Made by a program: the position numbers and the translations under genes
Assembly: GCA_963843575.1 (NCBI GenBank)
Contig: CAWJKZ010000015.1
Coordinates: 192,001 to 256,000, forward strand
Length of the DNA stretch: 64,000 nt
DNA from: an uncultured Acidobacteriota bacterium
Lineage (GTDB): Bacteria > Acidobacteriota > UBA6911
Direction: 5' to 3'
In this document: one piece after another, positions 1 to 9,756 of the stretch
Layout of the letters: every line of letters begins with the position of its first letter
How positions within the stretch are numbered: position 1 is the stretch's first letter
Notes under the pieces: generated by a model
What the model was told of the DNA's origin: nothing
The model's input: the letters and a program-made list of their open reading frames with translations, nothing else
The model's database searches: none

Positions 1-348
1 TCGCCGCGCACGGCCCAGGAGCACTTTCGAATCGTCCGCTGCGAGAAGAAGAAGGGGAACCGGATCGTCGGGATGGTCAGCGTCGCCGTGTACGGCAGCG
101 TGAAGCAGCAGGCAGGTTTTCTCGAGACCGCCGTGGTGCCCGTCGCCGGGCGCTGGGTCAAGGTGTCGCCGGCGGATTCCCTCGAGCCGGGTGAGTACGC
201 CCTGGTCGAGTTGCTGGGAAAGAAGGGGATCAACACGTTCGTCTGGGACTTCGGCGTGGACCCGGAGGCACCACCCAACGCGGAGGCACAGCGGAGTGCG
301 TCGGCCAAACCCAGCCAGGCCCCCGTGCTCCAGAAGCGCAAGAAGTGA
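1..348 (+). CDS. hypothetical protein, 5'-truncated by the window edge
   Basis: Frame is open from base 1 (SPRTAQEHFRIVRCEKKKGNRIVG...) to TGA at 348; GC-rich codon usage. Confidence 0.7.
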   Translation, partial: SPRTAQEHFRIVRCEKKKGNRIVGMVSVAVYGSVKQQAGFLETAVVPVAGRWVKVSPADSLEPGEYALVELLGKKGINTFVWDFGVDPEAPPNAEAQRSASAKPSQAPVLQKRKK

Positions 349-366
349 CCCGGCCCAGCGTTTTAT

Positions 367-476
367 CAAGTGGGTCCGGGCTTCAGCCCGGACGTCTTTT
401 GATCTGATCTATGTGGCGACGGGCGCGCGTTATAGCGACCGCAAGACGGGTCCGGGCTGAAGCCCGGACCCACTTG
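367..476. repeat. REP-doublet (REPIN-like) element, family A
   Basis: CAAGTGGGTCCGGGCTTCAGCCCGGAC at 367-393 and its exact reverse complement at 450-476. Lies between convergent genes; near-identical copy at 5385-5494. Confidence 0.85.
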
Positions 477-497
477 TTTCCTAGATGCACTCGGTCG

Positions 498-968
498 CTA
501 CTTCTGCGCAGCCATGGCGCTGATGCGCCGCTTCATCTCCTCCGGCGATACGTCTTCCTTGTGGGTGGCGATGGACCACTTGTGGCCATACGGGTCGAGG
601 ATCACGCCGGAGCGGTCTCCGTAGAACTGATCCTTGACCGGTCTCTCCAGTTTTGAACCGAGGTCGACGGCCTTCCTGACGACTGCGTCGGCGTCTTCCA
701 CGTAAAGCAGCAGGCTGACGGGCGTGCCCCCGAAGTGTTCGGGGCTGAGCGCCCCCATATCGGGGTGCTCGTCGGCCAGCATGATCGGGGCGCTGCCGAC
801 CCTGATCTCGGCGTGGCCGATCTTCCCCCCGGGCCCCTCCATCCGCATCAATTCGGTGGCGCCGAATGCCTTCTTGTAGAATTCGATCGCTCGCGCCGCG
901 TCCTTCACGATCAGATAGGGGGTCACGGCACCGTAGCCGTCCGGAATCGATTTTGTTTTTCCTGCCAT
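498..968 (-). CDS. VOC/glyoxalase family protein (PhnB-like)
   Basis: VTPYLIVKDAARAIEFYKKAFGA...DQFYGDRSG..DPYGHKW motifs; GGAGG RBS. Confidence 0.9.
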   Translation of the reverse strand: MAGKTKSIPDGYGAVTPYLIVKDAARAIEFYKKAFGATELMRMEGPGGKIGHAEIRVGSAPIMLADEHPDMGALSPEHFGGTPVSLLLYVEDADAVVRKAVDLGSKLERPVKDQFYGDRSGVILDPYGHKWSIATHKEDVSPEEMKRRISAMAAQK

Positions 969-1016
969 ATCCTCCTCCGTGGTTAGCTTTCGCTGGTCCC
1001 AGGGGGGGTACTCGAA

Positions 1017-1664
1017 TCACAGGAATTCCTGCCTGCTGAGGAACGGATTACGCTGCCGCTCCTCCCCGATGGTCGTGAGCGGGCCGTGACCCGGGATCAC
1101 CCGGATGTCGTCGGGGAGTGGCATCAGCCGGTCGTGGAGCGACGCGATGATTTTTTCATACGACCCGCCGGGCAGATCGGTCCTGCCGATGCCACCGGCA
1201 AACAGGGTGTCGCCGGCGATCAGGAGCTTCTCGGCCCCGAGCAGTAGGCAGACGCTCCCCTCGGTGTGACCCGGCGTATGGATGACCTGCGCGGCAAGGT
1301 TACCCTCACCGACGCGGTCCCCGTCGTCCAGCGCGGCGTCCACGATCACCGGGTCGGGCAGCCGGACGCCGATCCAGGCGGCCTGCGTGCCGAGTTCCTG
1401 GAGGAGCCGTCGGTCGTGCGGATTCATGAGGATCGGCGCACCCGTGAGGGATTTGAGCTTCATCGCTCCCCCGACGTGGTCGATGTGGGCGTGCGTTATC
1501 ACGATGCGGTTCACCCTCAACCGGTGGGCCTGGACCACACTCACTATTCGATCGACGTCGTCTCCGGGGTCGATCACCATGGCATCGCCGGTCTGCGGAT
1601 CGCCCAGGATCGAGCAGTTGCACAGTAAAGCGCCAACGGGGAGGATTTCGTGAATGAGGCTCAT
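1017..1664 (-). CDS. MBL-fold metallo-hydrolase (glyoxalase II/YcbL-like)
   Basis: THAHIDH, HTPGHT, GDTLF and PGHG motifs; start moved to ATG 1664 (MSLIHEILPVG). Confidence 0.9.
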   Translation of the reverse strand: MSLIHEILPVGALLCNCSILGDPQTGDAMVIDPGDDVDRIVSVVQAHRLRVNRIVITHAHIDHVGGAMKLKSLTGAPILMNPHDRRLLQELGTQAAWIGVRLPDPVIVDAALDDGDRVGEGNLAAQVIHTPGHTEGSVCLLLGAEKLLIAGDTLFAGGIGRTDLPGGSYEKIIASLHDRLMPLPDDIRVIPGHGPLTTIGEERQRNPFLSRQEFL

Positions 1665-1704
1665 TCTTTCGGGACCTCTGTCATGGATACTGGATATCAA
1701 TAAT

Positions 1705-1855
1705 CGGGTCCGGTGACAATCCCCATTGTGCTCCGCGTGCGGCAGCAGGTCGCGCTCGGGTGCCTGTCGACAGGCGGCGTCGCTCCGTTGTCTTTCGAGC
1801 TGGTCATCCTCGGGATTCTCTGAGCTCTGGAAGCCGTGGAGGTGAGTTCCGGAGC
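1705..1855 (-). ncRNA. possible structured ncRNA (6S-like?), tentative
   Basis: Intergenic. On the minus strand the 5' end (TCCGG..CTCCA) can pair with the 3' end (TGGGG..CCGGA); internal hairpins GAGCT..AGCTC and GCCTGTCGACAGGC. Not confirmed by any covariance model. Confidence 0.25.
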
Positions 1856-1952
1856 CATACCCACTTGAGCTTCGCAACTGAGACCGGCTGGTGTTATCTT
1901 TGTGATCCTCAGCGTCTCAGCCGTGATGTTTTCACGTGTCGGGGGTACCCTC

Positions 1953-2639
1953 ATGACGTCGCCCTTTCCCGGTTTTCCGCCGGATGCGTTCCGCTTCCTA
2001 CGGGATCTGAAGCGGCACAACAACCGCGAGTGGTTTCTCCAGAACAAAGAGACCTACGAACAGAAGGTCAAGCAGCCGATGCTTGACCTGGTCGGGGAGC
2101 TCGGGAACCTGCTGCACGGGCTCGCCCCTGAGCTCAACACGGACCCGAAGCGGGCGATGTTCCGGATCTATCGGGACACGCGTTTCAGCGCGGACAAGAC
2201 GCCGTACAAGACCCAAGTGGCGGCCCACTTCTCGCCCCGGATCCCCGTCAAGCGCAACTACGCCGGCCTGTATTTCCAGATCGAGCCCCATGAGGTGCTG
2301 GTCGCGGGGGGAATCTACATGCCGGGGTCCGCGGAGCTCCGCCAGATCCGCGACCACTTGGCCGAGCACGGGGACCAGCTGCGCGCACTCCTGCTCGAGC
2401 CGCGGCTGAAGCGGTTCTACGGCGGGCTGCAGGGCGAGCAGACGACCCGGCCGCCTCGCGGGTACACCGCCGATCACCCGCAACTCGACCTGTTGCGCTA
2501 CAAACACTACATTGTCTGGGCCGAGCGGCCGGGTGCGCTCGCCCGTGGGCCGGAACTGTTCCGGTTTGTCGTCGAGGGCTTTGTCGCCGCCCTCCCGCTG
2601 GTGCGTTTTCTTAACGGACTCCTCGGGATTAGAGCCTAA
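1953..2639 (+). CDS. DUF2461 family protein
   Basis: FLRDLKRHNNREWF...FRIYRDTRFSADKTPYK signature; start at ATG 1953. Confidence 0.9.
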   Translation: MTSPFPGFPPDAFRFLRDLKRHNNREWFLQNKETYEQKVKQPMLDLVGELGNLLHGLAPELNTDPKRAMFRIYRDTRFSADKTPYKTQVAAHFSPRIPVKRNYAGLYFQIEPHEVLVAGGIYMPGSAELRQIRDHLAEHGDQLRALLLEPRLKRFYGGLQGEQTTRPPRGYTADHPQLDLLRYKHYIVWAERPGALARGPELFRFVVEGFVAALPLVRFLNGLLGIRA

Positions 2640-2732
2640 AATAGGCCCGGCCCGAGGTTCGTCGGACCTCGGCCGCGGATGCGCGCTGTCGCGGTGAGTT
2701 TCTTTGGATCGTTTTTATCCCATGGAAAAATT

Positions 2733-3212
2733 ATGGAAGAAACCATCTCATTCAAACTGAACAATCGTCCCGTGCAGTTGACCGTCGACGGCGAGCGCAG
2801 CCTCCTCTGGGTGCTGCGCACCGAGCTCGGCCTCACCGGCACGAAATACGGCTGCGGCCAGAGCCTGTGCGGGTCCTGCACCGTCGTGGTCGAGCGTGAG
2901 GCGGTCCGGTCGTGCCGGGTCGCGGTCAGGGAAGTGCGCGGCAAGTCGGTGACCACGGTCGAAGGCCTGTCGCCGGGCGGGAAGCTGCACCGGCTGCAGC
3001 AGGCATTCCTGGACGAAGGGGCGTACCAGTGCGGTTTCTGCACTCCTGGGATGCTCATGAACGCCTACGCGTTGCTCCTGAGGAAACCGAAACCGTCGAA
3101 GTCCGAGATTGTCGAGGCCATGGAGGGAAACCTGTGCCGGTGCGGTTCGTACGCGCGCATCGTCAAGGCGGTCCAGTCCGCGTCCCGCGGCACAAAAGGG
3201 GGTGAGGCATGA
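2733..3212 (+). CDS. (2Fe-2S) small subunit of a xanthine/isoquinoline oxidoreductase-family molybdoenzyme
   Basis: GTKYGCGQSLCGSC, QCGFCTPG and GNLCRCG motifs; ATGA overlap with the next gene. Confidence 0.93.
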   Translation: MEETISFKLNNRPVQLTVDGERSLLWVLRTELGLTGTKYGCGQSLCGSCTVVVEREAVRSCRVAVREVRGKSVTTVEGLSPGGKLHRLQQAFLDEGAYQCGFCTPGMLMNAYALLLRKPKPSKSEIVEAMEGNLCRCGSYARIVKAVQSASRGTKGGEA

Positions 3213-5311
3213 CCAATCCTGAAGAATTGAGAGAATGCGGGTCGCTGGAACGCCGGGAATTCCTGAAGCTCCTCGGCTCGGGCGTGTTCGTCTTCTTCTC
3301 GCTCGAGGAACCCTTCGCCCCCGGGCAGCAACGTGCCTACCCCGATGATTTCAACGCGTACCTTTTGATCGGCGAGAACGGGCGTGTCACCTGCTATTCC
3401 GGCAAGATCGAGCAGGGGCAGGGGAACACGACCGCCCTGGCCCAGATGCTGGCGGAGGAGCTCGAGGTGCCCTTTGCCGGGGTGGATATGATCATGGGGG
3501 ACACTCGCCTGTGTCCTTGGGACGGGGGCACCGTGGGGTCGCGCAGCATAAAGTACTTCGGCCCGGCGTTGCGCGCCGCGGCCGCCGAAGCCCGCGAGGT
3601 GCTCGTCCAGCTGGCGGCCGAGCAGCTGAAGGTTGCACCAACCAGGCTCGCGGCTAAGGATGGGTTCGTTTTCGACCGGGACAATCCCGGCAAACGCGTG
3701 TCCTACGGTTCGCTGGCCCGCGGGAAGAAAATCGAGAGACACCTCGAGAGGAAGCCTCCGCTGAAGGCTCCGGCGGAATTCAAGGTTTGCGGCAAGCCGC
3801 TGCCGCGCAAGGACGGGCTCGAGAAGGTGACCGGCGCGGCGAAATTCGCGGGCGACATCCGGTTGCCGGGGATGCTATACGCCAGGATCCTGAGGCCTCC
3901 GGCCCACGGGGCGCAGTTGAAGGACGTGGACGTCTCGGGCGCGGGAGCGGTCGAGGGTGCGCGGGTCGTACGCGACGGCGATCTGATCGCCGTGCTCCAC
4001 CCGACGCCCGATGGGGCGGAACGTGCGTTGAGCCTCCTGAAGGCGGAGTTCACCGTCCCGGAGAGCGCCGTCGACGACCGCAACATCCTCGATGTACTGA
4101 AGGCGGCGGCCTCGCCTGCCGAGCCGATCGAACAAAAGGGCGATCTGGCGGCCGGGCGCTCTCAGGCGTCGGTCCTGTTCGAGGAGACCTATTTCACACC
4201 GTACATCGCCCACGCGGCCACCGAGACACACACTGCCGTCGCCCGCGTCGAAAACGGCGAGGCCACCGTGTGGGCCTCCACCCAGCGCCCGTTCGGAGTA
4301 CAGGAGGAACTTGCCCGTACCCTGGGACTCCCCGTCGAAAAGGTGCGCGTCGTGACCCCGTACGTCGGAGGGGGGTTCGGCGGCAAGAGCCAGGCGCGCC
4401 AGGCGCTTGAGGCGGCCCGCCTCTCCAAGTCGGCGGGGGTGCCCGTCCACGTCGCCTGGACCCGCGAAGAGGAGTTCTTCTACGACACGTTCAGGCCGGC
4501 CGCCTTCACGAAGATCAGCTCCGGCCTCGACGGTTCAAACCGCATCGCGTTCTGGGACTATCAGGTGTACTTCGCCGGCGAACGAAGTTCCCAGATGATC
4601 TACGAAGTGCCCCACCTGCGCACGATTTCGGGCGGGGCAGCCCGGGGAACGCCGGGACCCAGCCCGCTGGCCACCGGCGCGTGGCGCGGGCCGGGGAGCA
4701 ACACCAACATATTTGCTCGCGAGTCCCACATCGACGTCATGGCTGCCAAGGCCGGCGTGGACCCCGTGGAATTCCGGCTGAAGAACCTGACGAACCCGAG
4801 GCTGATCCGCGTGCTGCGCGCCGCCGCAGACCAGTTCAAATACACCCCTGCCAAGGGCCCCAGCGGGCGCGGCTACGGCGTCGCCCTGCTGGACTATCTG
4901 AACACGGCCGTGGCCGCTTTCGCCGAAGTCGCCGTGGACAAGTCCAGCGGACGCATGACGGTCAAGCGAGTCACCGTGGCACAGGACCTCGGGCAGGTCA
5001 TCAACCCCGAAGGGACACGGATCCAAATGGAAGGGTGTGTTCAGATGGGGTTGTCTTCCGTGCTGACCGAGGAGATCCGGTTCAAGGGCGGCGACGTCAA
5101 GGACCGCAACTACGACACGTACGACATCACCCGGTTCTCGTGGGTGCCCGAGATAGAGACCGTACTTGTCGACAACCCGGAACTGGCCCCGCAGGGCTGC
5201 GGCGAGCCGACCATCACCTGCATGGCGGCTCTGCTCGCGAACGCTCTGTTCGATTTCACCGGCGTGAGGCTCTTCCGGCTGCCATTGACCCCCGGGAGGA
5301 TCAAGGCCTGA
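3209..5311 (+). CDS. molybdopterin-binding large subunit (IorB/isoquinoline 1-oxidoreductase beta type), Tat-like RREFLK
   Basis: KIEQGQG, GGGFGGK, WRGPG and GCGEP motifs. Confidence 0.9.
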   Translation: MTNPEELRECGSLERREFLKLLGSGVFVFFSLEEPFAPGQQRAYPDDFNAYLLIGENGRVTCYSGKIEQGQGNTTALAQMLAEELEVPFAGVDMIMGDTRLCPWDGGTVGSRSIKYFGPALRAAAAEAREVLVQLAAEQLKVAPTRLAAKDGFVFDRDNPGKRVSYGSLARGKKIERHLERKPPLKAPAEFKVCGKPLPRKDGLEKVTGAAKFAGDIRLPGMLYARILRPPAHGAQLKDVDVSGAGAVEGARVVRDGDLIAVLHPTPDGAERALSLLKAEFTVPESAVDDRNILDVLKAAASPAEPIEQKGDLAAGRSQASVLFEETYFTPYIAHAATETHTAVARVENGEATVWASTQRPFGVQEELARTLGLPVEKVRVVTPYVGGGFGGKSQARQALEAARLSKSAGVPVHVAWTREEEFFYDTFRPAAFTKISSGLDGSNRIAFWDYQVYFAGERSSQMIYEVPHLRTISGGAARGTPGPSPLATGAWRGPGSNTNIFARESHIDVMAAKAGVDPVEFRLKNLTNPRLIRVLRAAADQFKYTPAKGPSGRGYGVALLDYLNTAVAAFAEVAVDKSSGRMTVKRVTVAQDLGQVINPEGTRIQMEGCVQMGLSSVLTEEIRFKGGDVKDRNYDTYDITRFSWVPEIETVLVDNPELAPQGCGEPTITCMAALLANALFDFTGVRLFRLPLTPGRIKA

Positions 5312-5324
5312 CCCTTAAGGCACT

Positions 5325-5494
5325 CAAGTGGGTCCGGGCCTCAGAGGCTGTCCAAAGGTTGAACTACCCGCCCTGCCCGTAAAACAAGTGGGTCCGGGCT
5401 TCAGCCCGGACGTTTTTTGATCTGATCTATGTGGCGACGGGCGCACGTTACAGCGACCGCAAGAAGTGTCCGGGCTGAAGCCCTGACCCACTTG
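5325..5494. repeat. 170-bp three-REP composite, family A
   Basis: Partial REP at 5325 plus the doublet 5385-5494; the same 170-bp layout occurs inverted at 12317-12486. Confidence 0.85.
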
Positions 5495-5524
5495 TTTTTT
5501 TGTTCATTAGACTAGCCGTTCGGG

Positions 5525-7312
5525 TTGCCGCGATTGAAAAAAGCGAAGAAGGCTCGACCGGCACCGGCCGGAAAACTGTATTGGTGGTATGCGGCGCTGG
5601 CCGTGCTCGTCGTCGTTCTCAACGTAGGGTCCCTGACGAACGGCTTCACCCTGGACGATCGGACGCTGGTGTTGGAAGACCCCAGGGTGCGCGACCTCGG
5701 GCGTGTCCCCGAGTTGCTGCTCGGCGGGTACCGGCATGCGACGGAGAACAGCCTCTACCGCCCATTAACCAGCCTCAGTCTCGCGCTCAACTACGCCGCC
5801 ACGGGACCATCCGGCTGGGGTTACCACCTGGTCAACCTGGTGCTGCACCTCACGGCTTGCCTCCTGGCCTTCCGCCTGGGATCCGTGGTGCTTGGGCATG
5901 ACCCCCGCGCTTTCGTGGCGGCGCTGCTCTTCGCCGCACACCCGGTCCATGTTGAAGCGGTCGCCAATGTGGTGGGGAGGGCCGAGGTCCTGGCGTTCAT
6001 CTTCCTGGTCGGCAGCTTCCTGACGCTGCGGCGGTACGAAGCCGGAGGGACCCGACGGCTCGGCAGCCTCCTCCTCGGCGGGATGCTCTACCTCCTGGCG
6101 CTGCTCTCCAAGGAAAACGCGATCGTCGGCGTCGGCATCTGGGTGTTGATGCTCCTGTTCACCCCTGCTTCGAACTCTCCCTCTCGGAGGGTGCTGGCGT
6201 TGGCGCGGAATCGCGTCCTTTGGGTGCTGTTCTTCGTCTCGGCCGCCTACCTCGCCCTCCGCTACGCCGTGCTCGGTACGGTCGCGCCGGGCGTGCAGCC
6301 CGAAATCACCTTCGTGGAGAACCCGCTCGCGTTCGTCGACACGGGGACGAGGGTGTTGACCGCCGTGACCGTCCTGGTGCGCTACCTCGGGCTGCTCGCC
6401 TGGCCGTTCACGCTTTCCGCGGACTATTCCTATAACGCGGTCCCACTCGTGGGCAGTGCGCTCGATCCCCGGTTTGTCGTGTGCGCCGCAGTGCTGGCAG
6501 GCCTTGCAGCGGCGGCGGTCGCGGTCCGGGGGCGGCGGCCCGATTACCTGTTCGCGCTGCTTTTCTTTCTTGTGTCCATTTCGGTGGTGTCGAACGTCCC
6601 GGTGCCCATCGGGGCGACGATGGCCGAGAGGTTCCTCTATCTGCCGTCGATCGCGTTCTGCTGGGCCGCGGCCCGGCTGGGCGGCGACCTGGGAGGATAT
6701 CCGGACAGTCTGAACCGGCACGCCCTGCTGCGCAGCCCCGGGGTCGTCGGGCTCTGCCTCCTGCTCATTGTGCCCTGGAGCGTCCGGACGGTGCTGCGCA
6801 ACCGCGATTGGCGCGACGACGGCTCGATTTCGGAGGCCGCGGTCGTCGCGGTGCCTGGCAGCGCAAAAGCGCGGGTGCTCCTGGCCGACTACCACTTCGG
6901 CCGGGGCGACTACCGCGGTGCGGAGGAGGGCTACCGGCAGGCATTGGGGCTGTACCCCGAATATGCCGGGGCGGCGATCAACCTTGCGGCCAGCCTGGAT
7001 GCCCAGGCCAGGTTCGGGGAGGCACTGTCGCTGCTGGCCAGTTTCGCGGAGCGCAGCGGCAAGTTCGAGCCGGCCCGGTTGCGCGAAGTGGGCCGGGCTC
7101 ACATGGGCCTCGGAGCATGGGACCAGGCCGCGGCGGCTTACGAAGGAGCCCTGGCGCTCTTCGAGCCCGATCCTCTGGCCCACCGGAACCTCGGCGGCAT
7201 ATACATCCAGTTCCTGGGAAAGCGGGCCGAGGGGCAGGTCCACATACGGCGGAGCCTGGAGCTGGCGCCGGATCAGGACGGCGCCGCAACGATGCGCGAG
7301 GCGTTGCGTTAG
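5525..7312 (+). CDS. TMTC-like GT-C membrane glycosyltransferase with C-terminal TPRs (DUF1736 type)
   Basis: FTLDD, YRPL, HPVHVEAV..VVGRAE, SKE, LSADYS and AERFLYLPS motifs, then TPR-like repeats; TTG start. Confidence 0.85.
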   Translation: MPRLKKAKKARPAPAGKLYWWYAALAVLVVVLNVGSLTNGFTLDDRTLVLEDPRVRDLGRVPELLLGGYRHATENSLYRPLTSLSLALNYAATGPSGWGYHLVNLVLHLTACLLAFRLGSVVLGHDPRAFVAALLFAAHPVHVEAVANVVGRAEVLAFIFLVGSFLTLRRYEAGGTRRLGSLLLGGMLYLLALLSKENAIVGVGIWVLMLLFTPASNSPSRRVLALARNRVLWVLFFVSAAYLALRYAVLGTVAPGVQPEITFVENPLAFVDTGTRVLTAVTVLVRYLGLLAWPFTLSADYSYNAVPLVGSALDPRFVVCAAVLAGLAAAAVAVRGRRPDYLFALLFFLVSISVVSNVPVPIGATMAERFLYLPSIAFCWAAARLGGDLGGYPDSLNRHALLRSPGVVGLCLLLIVPWSVRTVLRNRDWRDDGSISEAAVVAVPGSAKARVLLADYHFGRGDYRGAEEGYRQALGLYPEYAGAAINLAASLDAQARFGEALSLLASFAERSGKFEPARLREVGRAHMGLGAWDQAAAAYEGALALFEPDPLAHRNLGGIYIQFLGKRAEGQVHIRRSLELAPDQDGAATMREALR

Positions 7313-7403
7313 TCGCTTTCTTCGAGATTCTTCGAGTTCCTGGAGTCTTGGAGGTCGGCGCCTTAACTGAACTAACCTCAACGGCCTGACGAGCTCCAGG
7401 AAT

Positions 7404-9647
7404 TCAAGGCCTAGGCTCGTCGCTCCCCAGGGTGTCGAGCAGCTCCTTCCAGTCGAACCACGTCTGCTTGCCCCGGACATATTTCTCGAACCAGTTGAAC
7501 TCGGTCACCATCTTTACGAGCTGGTTGCGCGCGTCGGGGATGCCGTGAGTGGTTCCGGGGTAGACGAGGAATTCCGTCGGGACGCCGAGCTGCCGGAGCG
7601 CCATGTGGAGTTCCTCACTCTGCGGTCGAGGGACACGCGGATCGCCGTCAACGACGTGGATCAGGGTCGGGGTCCGGGCGTTTTTGATGTACTTGAGAGG
7701 GGAGACGTCCCAGTAGTGTTCGAAACGGTCGTAGGGCTTCCCCAGGTAGTAATACTCCCGCTGACGCTGCGTGTCGCTCTGGGCATACATCGACGTCCAG
7801 TTCATCGCGCCGGCCCCCGAGGAAATGGCCTTGAACCGGTTGGTGTGGGTCAGGATCCAGTTCGACCAGTGTCCCCCGGCGCTCCAGCCCATGACACCCA
7901 GCTTCTCCCCGTCCGCCAGCCCGCAGGCGACGAGGGCGTCGACCCCCGTCATGATGTCCTCGTATCCGCGGTTGAAGTAGTCACCCGCGATTTCCATCTT
8001 GAATTTCTCGCCGTAGTTTGTCGAGCCCCGGTAGTTGGGGAGCAGGCAGGCGTAACCGGCCGCCGCGAACACGTGCGGGTAGTAGCTGTAGCTCGCGTTG
8101 AAGCCCAGGGTCACGGCCCCTGCGGGCCCGCCGTGAATCTGGACGATCAGCGGGTAGCGTTTGCCGGCTTCGTACCCTACCGGCTTGACGAGCACTCCTT
8201 CGACGGTCGTTCCGTCCGACGACCGCCACTGGACGGTTTCGGTCGCCCCCAGGGCCAGGTCGCGGACCCGCGGGTTTGTGTCGGTGAGTTGTTTCCACGC
8301 GCGGCGGTTGCCCACCTGCTCGGGCGAGGCCACGGCGTACAGGTTCGACGGCGTATTCGGGTCGGAGTACTGGATCAGCCAGATGCCCGACTCCTCCTGC
8401 CGGGACACGGAGACGGTGCCCTGTTCTTTCGAGACCTGCCGGACCTTCCCGGTCTCGGTGGAGAGCGCAAACACCTGGGATGTAGCGCGCAACCCCGCGT
8501 TGAAGTAGATCGTCTTGCCGTCGTCCGACCACGGGCCGATGGTCACGTCGCCGTCGAAATCGGAGCCAATGGGCTTCCTCGGTCCCTCTCCGGCCGTGGA
8601 TCCCAGGTAGACTCGGTTGTTGCGGAAAAATGCGAAATCCGCGGCAGCATGAAAGGCGATCGCCGCGCCGTCGGGCGAGAAGCTCAGCCTGCTTTCGCCG
8701 ATGTCGGCGTTGTCGGTCACGCGTTCGATACGTCCGCCCGGACCGAGCAGGTAGAGATCCGCGTAGTCGTTCGCTTCGGCGACGGTGCGGCGATAGCGGT
8801 CTTTCGGGGTGCCGCGGAACCCGATCCACCTGGCGTCCCTCGAGACGGTAACGTCGCCGACGCTGTATTCCGGGCTCGATGTCAGCCGCCTTTCCTCTTC
8901 GCCCTGCAGTTCCAGCGCCCAAAGGTGGTCGAGCGGACGCTCCGGGTTTCTCAGCTGGGCGTTGAATTTCTGCTCCATGCGTCGTTCGTCATCCTGATCC
9001 CGGCTGTCGGGAGCGACAAAGAGGATGCGCCTGCTATCGGGCGAGAACTGCCACGACTTCACGCCCGTGGCGTGATGCGTCAGCTGTCGGGGGGCTTCCT
9101 GGTCGAGCGCGCCGGCCGGGACGATCCAGATCTGCCGGGACTCGGCTTTGCCGGCGGCAAATGCGAGCCACCGGCCGTCCCGGCTGAAGGAAAACGACGC
9201 GACCCCGTCCTTCGCTTCGCTGATCCTGCGTGCCTCGCCGCCGTCGGGGCGCATCGCGTAAAGCTGGTCCTGGTCTTCCGCGCCCGGGGGTGCCTCCCGG
9301 TTGGACAGGAAACAGAAATAGCTCCCGTCGCGCGCCCACGCCGGAGAGGTCTCGTTCTTCGCTTTGGTGAATGTCATCTGCCCGGTGGAGGAGGCCCCCG
9401 CTTCGATCGAGACCAAATAGACATCCGTGAAACTCTTGCCCACCTTCCAGTCGGGAACCCGCAGGGTGTACAGGAGCCGTCGATCGTCCGGGCTGACGGC
9501 AGTGGATTCGACCGTGCGCAGCGAGAGTACGTCCATGAAGGACATCGTCTTCCTGCCGCCGGGTGTCTGCGCGGCGCAGAACAGGGGCAGAAGTGAGGCA
9601 ACCAGGAGTATGATCCGGGGGATCCGGTACGTGCCGGTGAGATTCAT
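7404..9647 (-). CDS. S9 family (prolyl oligopeptidase/acylaminoacyl) peptidase, secreted
   Basis: Signal peptide, beta-propeller repeats, IHGGP, GWSAGG nucleophile motif, DPRVP, catalytic His in TTHG. Confidence 0.92.
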   Translation of the reverse strand: MNLTGTYRIPRIILLVASLLPLFCAAQTPGGRKTMSFMDVLSLRTVESTAVSPDDRRLLYTLRVPDWKVGKSFTDVYLVSIEAGASSTGQMTFTKAKNETSPAWARDGSYFCFLSNREAPPGAEDQDQLYAMRPDGGEARRISEAKDGVASFSFSRDGRWLAFAAGKAESRQIWIVPAGALDQEAPRQLTHHATGVKSWQFSPDSRRILFVAPDSRDQDDERRMEQKFNAQLRNPERPLDHLWALELQGEEERRLTSSPEYSVGDVTVSRDARWIGFRGTPKDRYRRTVAEANDYADLYLLGPGGRIERVTDNADIGESRLSFSPDGAAIAFHAAADFAFFRNNRVYLGSTAGEGPRKPIGSDFDGDVTIGPWSDDGKTIYFNAGLRATSQVFALSTETGKVRQVSKEQGTVSVSRQEESGIWLIQYSDPNTPSNLYAVASPEQVGNRRAWKQLTDTNPRVRDLALGATETVQWRSSDGTTVEGVLVKPVGYEAGKRYPLIVQIHGGPAGAVTLGFNASYSYYPHVFAAAGYACLLPNYRGSTNYGEKFKMEIAGDYFNRGYEDIMTGVDALVACGLADGEKLGVMGWSAGGHWSNWILTHTNRFKAISSGAGAMNWTSMYAQSDTQRQREYYYLGKPYDRFEHYWDVSPLKYIKNARTPTLIHVVDGDPRVPRPQSEELHMALRQLGVPTEFLVYPGTTHGIPDARNQLVKMVTEFNWFEKYVRGKQTWFDWKELLDTLGSDEPRP

Positions 9648-9756
9648 CGAGCTCTCCAGGACGTGCTGTGGTTTGTGCGATTCGAATATTATTCAGTGTG
9701 CCGCCGGCGTCAAACGGAATCGCGCCCGGCACGTGGAGGCACCGGGGACAAGGACT

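Noticed and set aside
5765-9596. Long antisense ORFs (5765-7480, 7545-9596; similarly 18631-20115, 20326-21852, 61756-63708)
   Set aside because: Typical shadow ORFs of high-GC genes, lying opposite well-supported CDSs.
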